A stretch of DNA of 64,000 nucleotides from positions 2,216,302-2,280,301 of the forward strand of contig OY730414.1 in assembly GCA_963422615.1 (NCBI GenBank), in the 5' to 3' direction. The notes under the pieces are model-generated. The model searched no databases. It was not told the origin of the DNA and saw nothing but the letters and a program-made list of their open reading frames with translations. Shown piece by piece: positions 1 to 7,645 of the stretch. The translations under genes were made by a program, and so were the position numbers. How positions within the stretch are numbered: position 1 is the stretch's first letter; each line of letters begins with the position of its first letter. Source of the stretch: Longimicrobiales bacterium (GTDB taxonomy: Bacteria; Gemmatimonadota; Gemmatimonadetes; Longimicrobiales; Gaopeijiaceae).

Positions 1-656
1 TTCGCCTCTTTGCGGGTACCGGTAACCGCAAACAGAGTGAGCTCGCAGGCGTTGTCCGCCTGGTCGGCCGCCCGGGCCAACAGGCGAAGAATCAGCATGG
101 ACCCGAATAGATCCCGTATGGGTCGGGAATCCGATTCCGCTGCCGCCACCAGTGCTTCGTACGCATAGCGGTAGGTGGCCGCCGTCTGAGACGCCGCTCC
201 CAGGCCGACCCGGGCCTTGCCAACGTCTCCCTCAAGAAACCCCTCCACCGAGATCCCCACCGCCCGGATGGCCTGCTCCCCCATCATTTCGATGTCCCGG
301 GCAATGCTTTCGGGGAGGGGCTCCTTCAACTGGAGCACCACCCGACTGATGGCGCTGGCATAGTCCCCCGTCCGCTCCAAGGCGACGGAGAGCCGGAGAA
401 CCGCGGAAATGAAGCGCAGATGGCCACCGATCGGAAGGTGTCGGGCAACGAACAGATGACACAGGTGGTCGAGATTGTTCAGGTGCTCGTTCACCGCCCG
501 GTCTTTGAGGACGGTCTCGTTTGCAAGGGCCCGATCGCCCTCGAGGACGGCTCGGACAGCGTGCCGAAGGTTGTCCTCTATGTCTCTTCCGACCTTCTGC
601 AACCGGGTTCGAATGGTGAGAAGATCGGCTTCGAGCCGGGCCTCGTAGTGGCTCAC
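1..656 (-). CDS. phoU: Phosphate signalling protein PhoU (3' end runs off the window; not in the ORF track)
   Basis: Manual translation from GTG at 656, which overlaps the pstS stop (GTGA): MSHYEARLEADL...HLPIGGHLRFISAVLRLSVALERTGDYA...LARAADQADNACE. Both PhoU repeats are present (LERxGDxA and the second, degenerate copy). It lies directly downstream of pstS. Confidence 0.88.
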   Translation of the reverse strand, partial: MSHYEARLEADLLTIRTRLQKVGRDIEDNLRHAVRAVLEGDRALANETVLKDRAVNEHLNNLDHLCHLFVARHLPIGGHLRFISAVLRLSVALERTGDYASAISRVVLQLKEPLPESIARDIEMMGEQAIRAVGISVEGFLEGDVGKARVGLGAASQTAATYRYAYEALVAAAESDSRPIRDLFGSMLILRLLARAADQADNACELTLFAVTGTRKEA

Positions 657-1543
657 GGACAGGCCGTCTCCTGGACGGGAGCGTAGCCCCGTTCGAGAAT
701 CAGGCACTGGCCCACGTCGGAAAGGATCCAGTCCATGTATTCCTTGATCGCCCCCTGGGGTTCGCCAGCCGTGTACATGAACAAGGGACGGGCAATCGGA
801 TAGCTGCCGTCGACCGCCGTCTCCACGGTCGGAGCCACGCAGGCTGCCCCCTCTCCGTGGGTCACGCAGGGCATACCGACGTGCTCGGTCGCATACGCAA
901 GGCCGCTGTAGCCGATGGCGCAGGGCGTGTTCTCTACCAACTCAACGACATCCTTGGAGCCGTGCATATCCCGGGACCCCAGCTTGTATTCGCGATCGTC
1001 ACCCAGAACGGCCTCCTTGAAGTAGACGTACGTGCCCGAGTTGTTCTGGCGGCTGATCCGAACGATCTCGTCGGAGGTGCACCCCGGGATCGACACTCCC
1101 AGATCCGACCATTTCTCGGCAGCTCCACCCTCTCCATAGACGGCCCGAAGTTGGTCCACGGTCACAGCCTCGATCGGATTGTCTTCGTGGAGGTAGATGG
1201 CAAGCGCGTCGTATCCGACAACGAATTCCATCGGCGCAACCCCGTTCTCCCGCGCCGACGCCAGCTCCGACTCCCGCATCTTGCGAGAGGAGTTGACGAT
1301 ATCGACGGTTCCGTTGATCATGGCGGAGATTCCGGTCCCCGAACCCCCACCCGTCACCGCCACCGCCACCGCCGGGTTGATGACGCTGTACGCCTCCGCC
1401 CATGCCTGGGCCACGTTCAGCAGGGTGTCGGAGCCCTTGTTCTGGATGACCGTCCGCTGCATTCGGTCCTGGCCTGTGCAGGCCAGGATCGCAACCGTCG
1501 CAAGAAGGAAGATTCGCTCCGGGTTTCTCTTGATTCCGCTCAT
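653..1543 (-). CDS. pstS: Phosphate ABC transporter substrate-binding lipoprotein PstS
   Basis: Lipobox ILAC; motifs KGSDT, TGGGSGTGI, SRQNNSGTY, AIGYSG, YPIARPLFMY. Confidence 0.95.
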   Translation of the reverse strand: MSGIKRNPERIFLLATVAILACTGQDRMQRTVIQNKGSDTLLNVAQAWAEAYSVINPAVAVAVTGGGSGTGISAMINGTVDIVNSSRKMRESELASARENGVAPMEFVVGYDALAIYLHEDNPIEAVTVDQLRAVYGEGGAAEKWSDLGVSIPGCTSDEIVRISRQNNSGTYVYFKEAVLGDDREYKLGSRDMHGSKDVVELVENTPCAIGYSGLAYATEHVGMPCVTHGEGAACVAPTVETAVDGSYPIARPLFMYTAGEPQGAIKEYMDWILSDVGQCLILERGYAPVQETACP

Positions 1544-1641
1544 TTATGTCTACCTCACTCTCGGTTTGGTTTTCGTGTCTTTTGGATTTGGTGGGATCGG
1601 ACAGACGAGAATCGAACCGTCGTCACCAATCTGCACGCGCA

Positions 1642-1663
1642 CTGTGACGAAGCGGTACCGAAG
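1642..1663 (-). promoter_or_regulatory. Candidate Pho-box-like 11-bp direct repeat upstream of pstS
   Basis: Minus strand CTTCGGTACCG-CTTCGTCACAG has an 11-bp period and a GTCAC core, about 100 bp upstream of the pstS ATG. Confidence 0.35.
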
Positions 1664-1675
1664 GGGTGCAGGAGA

Positions 1676-2785
1676 TCAGAAGTATACGTAGGCTTGCAGC
1701 TTGAAGGAGTACTCCGATTCCCCTGTCCGAGGGTCGTAGAAGTCAAGATTGGCACCGATTCGGTTTTTCCCCCACACGTAAAGGAACACGCCGGGAGTGA
1801 CGAGAAGCCCGGCGTCGCCTTCCGTGGTCCTGGTGGGGTCGGCCCAGCCGATCCGGAATATGGGCTCCGCGGCGGCGAATCGGGCTCCCTTCAGGTGGAC
1901 GTAGTGGCTGACGATCGCCTGAAGCGCCAAGAATTCATGGTCCGCGCCCGACGTTTGCATTCGCCAGTTGTCGCCGGCGACCACGCCCAGCTGGAAGTGG
2001 GTCCCCCTCCGAAAGTCGCCGATCTCCAGGTCCGCGCCCACCGCCCCGAAACGCCGGACACCCCCATCCTCCTCCAGAAGAGAACGGTCGTGGCTGGACG
2101 CGTTGACGGCGAGCCGAATTCCCCTTCCGGCCCGAAAGGAAGCCCGTCCCGAAACCGACTTTGCCGAGTTCTCATCACCCCGCCCGGAAGCGCCCCCGTT
2201 GGTGACGGCGGCCACGTAGGAGAGGCGCCCGAGCGAACCCTCCACCCTTACGCCGCTATCCCGGCCCGCATACCCCAGTCCTTGAGTGAACCGGCTGAGG
2301 GAACAGAGACCGCCCACCCCCGCACACCCCGAGGCGCCAGGAACTTTGCCGGTTCTTTCGACCACGACGATATCCGTGCTGCTGTCAAGCTCGAACACGT
2401 CGAAGGCCCGCTTGAAGCGGCCCATGGACAGGCGAAAGCGGGGATCCACGTTGAACCGGACAAAGGCGTCGGCGAGACGGGCACTCCCGACCTGGAAGTC
2501 GGGCTGCACTCGAGCGTCAACGAGGTCGGAAACAGAAATCGTGACCATGAGGCGGGCGCGTCGCACCAGGAAGTCGCTGGCGTTTCCTTCCGCGGCCGAA
2601 CTCGTGACGAACTGGGAATGAAGGCGGCCACCCAGCTGAATCTGCGCAGCCCGGGAAGTGACCTGGGTCTGGGCTAGCCCTGCGGCCGACTGGGGGGCGG
2701 CGCCGGCCAGCAACGCCCCAACCCCGATGACACCCAGGCGGAATCTGGAAATGAGCACGGTTGTTCTCTGAAATGAAATGAGCAC
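1676..2785 (-). CDS. Outer-membrane porin, phosphate-selective OprO/OprP-like
   Basis: Signal peptide; FLVRRARL and LADAF...RLSMGRFKRAF motifs; C-terminal aromatic residue (QAYVYF); adjacent to pstS. Start placed at GTG 2785 after GGAG; alternative GTG at 2758. Confidence 0.75.
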   Translation of the reverse strand: MLISFQRTTVLISRFRLGVIGVGALLAGAAPQSAAGLAQTQVTSRAAQIQLGGRLHSQFVTSSAAEGNASDFLVRRARLMVTISVSDLVDARVQPDFQVGSARLADAFVRFNVDPRFRLSMGRFKRAFDVFELDSSTDIVVVERTGKVPGASGCAGVGGLCSLSRFTQGLGYAGRDSGVRVEGSLGRLSYVAAVTNGGASGRGDENSAKSVSGRASFRAGRGIRLAVNASSHDRSLLEEDGGVRRFGAVGADLEIGDFRRGTHFQLGVVAGDNWRMQTSGADHEFLALQAIVSHYVHLKGARFAAAEPIFRIGWADPTRTTEGDAGLLVTPGVFLYVWGKNRIGANLDFYDPRTGESEYSFKLQAYVYF

Positions 2786-2795
2786 GGTTGTTCTC
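2748..2795. repeat. 21-bp direct repeat (27-bp period) duplicating the porin RBS and start
   Basis: gaaatgagcacggttgttctc at 2748-2768 and 2775-2795. Confidence 0.85.
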
Positions 2796-2857
2796 CGCAA
2801 AATCGCCGGATCCTTATCAGCGCTTTTCCCCAAGCCCCGCCCCGCCCCCTGCCCGTT

Positions 2858-4090
2858 TCAGGACTTTCTGAATGTCCAGACCAGGACCGACGCCAACCCC
2901 TCCATGGTGCCGTAGGCACCCTTGACGCGCTGGTTCACGGCATTGGACACCCCCTCTCCTTCACCGCTGTCCATGACCACGACCCGGTCGATGTTCACAC
3001 CCTGTACAGCGCCCACTGCGGTTTCCAGGAGTTGGGGAAGCTTCTCGGCCATGAAGACCGCGAACGCCACGTCCCCACCCGCCCCCACCTCCGCGTAGAG
3101 GCGCCTGAGGACTTCCACTTGGGCTTTCCCTCGGGCCAGGATCGGGGCTGCTTCGGCCTCGGCCCGGTCCAGGGCAGCCATCTTTTCAGCCTTTGCGGGC
3201 TCAATGACATCGGCTCTCAGGCGCTGTTCTTCCCGCTCGACCCGCCTGGACTCCAGGATTCGCTCGGCCTCGATTTCGGCCTCCTGGGCCCGGACCCGGG
3301 CGATCTTCTCCGCCGTGACGCCCTCCTGGTCAAGCTCGGCCTGACGAACCCGCAGGGCGTTCTGGGCCTCCGCAACCTTGATGGAAGCCCCCGCCTCCCG
3401 AACTTCGGCCCGTCGCCGGGCCTCGGCCCGGGCCTCCCGGGTGTCCGCTTCGGCCCGGGCCTCGGCGATTTCCGCCTGGCGAATGGCCTCCGCCGACTTT
3501 TCGCGACCGATCGCCTCCAGGTAGCCCCGTTCGTCGCTCACGTTCTGGATCTTCAAAACATCCAGGTGAAAGCCGAGGGAAGCCAAGTCCTCTCCCGCAT
3601 CCTCCGAGAGGGCCTTGGCGAAGCCAAGCCGGTCTTCGTTGACCGCTTCGGGGGTCATGGTGGCGAGGACGCCCCTGAGATTCCCCGTAAGGGTGTCCTG
3701 GGCCAGGGTCCGTATTTCGTCCTCCGTCTTCCCCAACAAGCGTTCTACGGCGTTGTTGAAGATCCACTCCGGCTCGGAAGCGATCTTGACGTTGGCGATG
3801 GCTTCCACGTTCAAAGGGATGTTCCCCTTCGAAAAGGCATTGCTCACCAACACCTCAATGGGGATCGTTTCCAGGTTCACGTGCTGGACAGTCTCCACAA
3901 TGGGAACTCGCAAGGTGCGCCCCCCGGTAATGGAGCGGTAGCCGACCACCTGTCCGTCGGTTAGGGCCCGTCTCCGGCCCGTCAGTACGGCCGCACGGTT
4001 CGGAGGCACGATCACGATGAGCTTCTTGATCGTTGCAATGGCCACGAGCACCACAACGACGACAATCACGGCGAGAAGGAAAGCTTCCAT
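2858..4090 (-). CDS. Flotillin-like SPFH domain protein (possible frameshift near the 3' end)
   Basis: N-terminal TM helix; SPFH motifs TLTGNLRGVLATMTPEAVNEDR and LKIQNVSD; Ala/Glu-rich coiled coil; sits next to nfeD. Confidence 0.92.
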   Translation of the reverse strand: MEAFLLAVIVVVVVLVAIATIKKLIVIVPPNRAAVLTGRRRALTDGQVVGYRSITGGRTLRVPIVETVQHVNLETIPIEVLVSNAFSKGNIPLNVEAIANVKIASEPEWIFNNAVERLLGKTEDEIRTLAQDTLTGNLRGVLATMTPEAVNEDRLGFAKALSEDAGEDLASLGFHLDVLKIQNVSDERGYLEAIGREKSAEAIRQAEIAEARAEADTREARAEARRRAEVREAGASIKVAEAQNALRVRQAELDQEGVTAEKIARVRAQEAEIEAERILESRRVEREEQRLRADVIEPAKAEKMAALDRAEAEAAPILARGKAQVEVLRRLYAEVGAGGDVAFAVFMAEKLPQLLETAVGAVQGVNIDRVVVMDSGEGEGVSNAVNQRVKGAYGTMEGLASVLVWTFRKS

Positions 4091-4210
4091 TTACGATTCT
4101 CCGTTTTGGGTAAACGCCCCGGAGCCTGGTTATCGGATCCCGAAGCCCGGAAGCCGTTGGGGGACTACGGCGACCGGTTCCGGCACTCCGGTAATCGGTA
4201 TTCCGAATCG

Positions 4211-4267
4211 CCCTTGCCGTCGTTCAGAATATACCCCTTGCCGTCGTTCAGTCGTTCAGTCGTTCAG
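4211..4267. repeat. Nested short tandem duplications at the nfeD stop codon
   Basis: cccttgccgtcgttcag at 4211-4227 and 4235-4251, followed by two further tcgttcag units. Confidence 0.8.
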
Positions 4268-4819
4268 AAAATGCAAGTCCGCCGGGGCCACGGCCGCGGT
4301 TCCATCCTTTATGTCTACCACAACCACCTGCTGGCCACTCTCCAACGATTCTCCTTCTGAATACGCGTCGTCGGTCCGAGCCCGGATCCGGTACATTCGC
4401 TCCCCGCGCTGGACCCTCACTTCCCCCGGACTCCCGGGGGCGATTTCCAGAACCACCTTGCCGGTCAGCCCGATGAAGGACCGTTCTTCGGGAATTTCAC
4501 CGGAGTCGGTGCGCTTGAGATAACCGAAGACGGTGCTGATCAGAGCCCCCGAGGCCAGACCGGTGGCGCTTGCGGCCAGGGCCGTCACGCCGGGCCGCGT
4601 CCCCCCCCAGAGCCAGTGGAGGGCCGCACCCGCGGCCCCGAAGCCGAAGAGGGTATAGACGACGGTGCGAAGCGAAAGGAGTTTGGCGGCATCGGTCCCG
4701 TCGGCCCCCGCGTCCATGTCGGCATCCATGTCCGCGTCGCCTTCCAGGAAGTCGCCGAAGAAGGACGAGGCGAGAAGACCGCCACCGACCACAAGGGAAA
4801 AGATGTAGGCTGTCAGCAT
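4256..4819 (-). CDS. NfeD-like membrane protein (flotillin partner)
   Basis: Three hydrophobic segments, then an OB-fold signature IGLTGKVVLEI...GEVRV...GQQVVVVDI; upstream of the flotillin gene. Confidence 0.85.
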   Translation of the reverse strand: MLTAYIFSLVVGGGLLASSFFGDFLEGDADMDADMDAGADGTDAAKLLSLRTVVYTLFGFGAAGAALHWLWGGTRPGVTALAASATGLASGALISTVFGYLKRTDSGEIPEERSFIGLTGKVVLEIAPGSPGEVRVQRGERMYRIRARTDDAYSEGESLESGQQVVVVDIKDGTAAVAPADLHFLND

Positions 4820-5094
4820 GAACGACGTATCCCCCGTCTTCCTCGGCCGCTCCGTGCCGAACCTTAGGGCTCGGGGCCTTGGCCCCCGACCCGGCAGGGC
4901 CGGAGGTCGGCCTCGCCTCGTTGCGTCGGTGACGAAAAAACGAACCGGAGACTGGATAACGTAGCAGCGAAGAGCGCTTCCGTGTCAACCGTCCCAGGCG
5001 TACCTTCGATGCCCGGTCGGCAAACCCGGTAGATCGGCCGACGGCCGGCATTACTGCCGCAGCGCTTACCCGGAGATCCCGGCGGAGCGCAGCC

Positions 5095-7101
5095 GTGCAT
5101 CCACGAGACAAGAGGGGTCCCCGCTTGACAGGCAGTCCCTTCCGCCATGCCCGCTCCACAATTGGGGCCGGCCTGGCCGCTTGCGCCTTCCTCTCCCCGA
5201 TGTCGGGCTCGGCCTGGGCCCAACAAGGATCGGAAAACGGGGAGTGGCGGTACTATGGCGCCGATCCAGGCAGCACCCGGTACGCGCCCCTGGACCAGAT
5301 CGACCGCTTCAACGCGGAAACCCTGGAGACGGCGTGGCGCTGGACGGCGGCCAACTACGGCCCTTCGCCGGAGTTCAACTACCGAACCACACCTGTGCTG
5401 GCAGACGGAGTCCTGTACGCCACCGCGGGGTATCGACGGAGCGTCGCTGCGATCGACCCCGGGACAGGAGAGACCTTGTGGACGTACCGGATGGACGAGG
5501 GGAATCGGTCCGCGCCAAGGCGGAACTCGGGTCGGGGCGTCGCCTACTGGGAGTCCCCGGAAACCGGGCCCCGAATCTTTTTCATCACGCCGGGCTTCCA
5601 CCTGGTGGCCCTGGACGCGAGGTCCGGGCGGCTGGTCTCGGACTTTGGCGAAGACGGCGTCGTGGACCTGCGCTTGGGCTTGGGCAGGGAAATGGACGTG
5701 GATCGGGCCCCCATCGGATCCAGCTCCCCTCCCGTGGTGGTGAAGGGCGTGGTGGTCGTCGGATCGGCCCTGCCCTCCGGTGGCGCCCCCTCGTCCCCGG
5801 AGATGCCGCCGGGCCACGTGAGGGGGTACGATGCCGTGACCGGGGCGGGAGTGTGGACCTTTCACACCATCCCCGGACCGGGAGAATACGGGCACGACAG
5901 CTGGGGGGAGGGTTCCTGGGAATACACGGGCAATACGGCCGTCTGGGCCCCGTTCAGCGCCGACCTGGAGCTCGGATATGTGTACCTGCCGGTGGAGGCG
6001 CCCACGGGCGACTATTACGGAGGCCACCGTCCCGGCGACAATCTCTTCTCCCAAAGCCTCGTGGCGGTGGATGCGGTCACGGGCGGGCGGGTGTGGCACT
6101 TTCAGACGGTACACCACGGCATCTGGGACTACGACCCGCCGGCGGCGCCCATCCTCGCGGACCTGGTTGTGGACGGGAGGCCAATTCCCGCGGTGGCCCA
6201 GCTGACCAAGCAGGGCTTCACCTTCGTCTTCGACCGACGGACCGGAGAACCGATCTGGCCCATTGAGGAACGGCCCGTCCCCCAGACGACCGTCCCCGGG
6301 GAACGCACTTCTCCCACCCAGCCCTTCCCCACTCGTCCCCCTCCCTTCGAACGGCAGGGAGTGAACCCGGCCGACCTCATCGATTTCACCCCCGAGCTCC
6401 GGGCCCAGGCCGAAGAGATCCTCTCGATGTTGCGCTACGGACCCCTGTACACGCCCCCGTCCCTGGCCGAAGAGGGGGGAACCCTGGGCACGCTGATGGT
6501 GCCGGGCTCCCTGGGCGGAGCAAACTGGCCGGGCGGGGCCTTCGACCCCGAGTCCGGGTATCTGTTCGTTCAATCGGCCACCCATCCCAGCGTCATCTCC
6601 CTCGTGCGCGACCCCGACGTCTCTTCTATGGACTACATTCGCGGCGGCGGGCTCCGCCTCAGGGGCGGCGGCGGTCCCCAGGGGCTCCCCCTCTTCAAGC
6701 CCCCGTGGGGAAGGATCACCGCCATCGATCTGAACGCCGGGGAGATCGCGTGGCAGGTGCCCAACGGCGACGCTCCCGACTACGTAAAGGAGCACCCGGC
6801 GCTACGGGGCATCGACGTGGGGCGAACCGGCCGCCAAGACCGGGGCGGCCTTCTCGTCACCCGAACCCTGCTCTTCGCCGGGGAGGGCGGGGGAATGTAC
6901 GCCGCCCCCGGGTCCGGCGGGAACCGGTTTCGGGCTCACGACAAGGCCACGGGAGACGTGGTCGCGGAAATCGAGCTGCCGGCCCATCAGACGGGCCTGC
7001 CCATGACCTACATGCACGGAGGGCGCCAGTTCATCGTGGTGGCGGTCGGCGCCCGGGGGCACCCCGGAGAGCTGGTCGCCCTGGCGTTGCCGGAGCGCTG
7101 A
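5095..7101 (+). CDS. PQQ-dependent dehydrogenase (quinoprotein glucose/quinate dehydrogenase family, soluble type with signal peptide)
   Basis: EWRYYGAD...RYAPLDQI, RGVAYW, WHFQTVHHGIWDYD, GGANWPG, KPPWGRITAIDL, PMTY...GRQFIVVA. Alternative start TTG 5125 after AGAGGG. Confidence 0.92.
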   Translation: MHPRDKRGPRLTGSPFRHARSTIGAGLAACAFLSPMSGSAWAQQGSENGEWRYYGADPGSTRYAPLDQIDRFNAETLETAWRWTAANYGPSPEFNYRTTPVLADGVLYATAGYRRSVAAIDPGTGETLWTYRMDEGNRSAPRRNSGRGVAYWESPETGPRIFFITPGFHLVALDARSGRLVSDFGEDGVVDLRLGLGREMDVDRAPIGSSSPPVVVKGVVVVGSALPSGGAPSSPEMPPGHVRGYDAVTGAGVWTFHTIPGPGEYGHDSWGEGSWEYTGNTAVWAPFSADLELGYVYLPVEAPTGDYYGGHRPGDNLFSQSLVAVDAVTGGRVWHFQTVHHGIWDYDPPAAPILADLVVDGRPIPAVAQLTKQGFTFVFDRRTGEPIWPIEERPVPQTTVPGERTSPTQPFPTRPPPFERQGVNPADLIDFTPELRAQAEEILSMLRYGPLYTPPSLAEEGGTLGTLMVPGSLGGANWPGGAFDPESGYLFVQSATHPSVISLVRDPDVSSMDYIRGGGLRLRGGGGPQGLPLFKPPWGRITAIDLNAGEIAWQVPNGDAPDYVKEHPALRGIDVGRTGRQDRGGLLVTRTLLFAGEGGGMYAAPGSGGNRFRAHDKATGDVVAEIELPAHQTGLPMTYMHGGRQFIVVAVGARGHPGELVALALPER

Positions 7102-7334
7102 CGACCAAGGGAACACCGGGGGATCTTCCTTAAGATCGGGGGCCCTCCTTGGTTCCCCGTGCAAGCCGGACTCGGACGCCGCCAGCGGCCGCCGGGAAAC
7201 CGTCAAGGGGGCAAGCCGGGTAGCGGCCACAGCGGGAACGAAGCAAACGGGATTCGACGCCCAGAAGGGACCTTCTCGTCTCTGTGTGGGGGCCCAGACC
7301 TGCGGGGGCCGGACCTGGACTTTCTCCGGGATCC

Positions 7335-7535
7335 GGGTTCCCTTGAAGGCACGTACGAGTTGAGAATCGGCCGGAGGGGCCAACGGAAGCCGGTGTGAAT
7401 CCGGCGCGGCCCCGCCACTGTGATGAGGATCGGGATTTACCCGGAACCTCGGCTCCTTGAAAGCCACCGGAGACCCCGGAAGGGGACCCTGGGAAGGCGA
7501 GCCGAGCGGCCTCTAGCCAGGAGACGTGCCCGTCC
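7335..7535 (+). ncRNA. Cobalamin (B12) riboswitch
   Basis: Hallmark elements AACGGAAGCCGGTGTGAATCCGGCGCGGCCCCGCCACTGTGA, GCCAC, GGGAAGG and AGCCAGGAGACGTGCC; upstream of a TonB receptor. Boundaries approximate. Confidence 0.9.
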
Positions 7536-7608
7536 GGCACCTGCTTCGCACCTCCGCGGGGAGGTGAGGGGACCGCGGCTGTCGAGCCCGCGCTGCACTG
7601 CCAGCTCC

Positions 7609-7640
7609 CTCTCCTTTGCCGCACCATCTTGTAAGGAGAG
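7609..7640 (+). promoter_or_regulatory. RBS-sequestering hairpin (candidate riboswitch expression platform)
   Basis: CTCTCCTT (7609-7616) pairs with AAGGAGAG (7633-7640), which is the Shine-Dalgarno of ATG 7646. Confidence 0.6.
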
Positions 7641-7645
7641 CCGAT

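Noticed and set aside
1..30. Possible C-terminal domain fused to PhoU
   Set aside because: The frame is still open at the window edge but too little sequence is visible to tell
420..686. 88-aa plus-strand ORF
   Set aside because: Antisense to phoU, which the ORF track missed because it lacks a stop in the window
2748..4267. Short direct repeats as a possible CRISPR remnant
   Set aside because: Only 2-4 copies, no spacers of regular length, no cas genes
7102..7155. Nested inverted repeats after the PQQ dehydrogenase gene (GATCTT/AAGATC, CCAAGG/CCTTGG)
   Set aside because: Short stems and no U-tract; not enough to call a terminator
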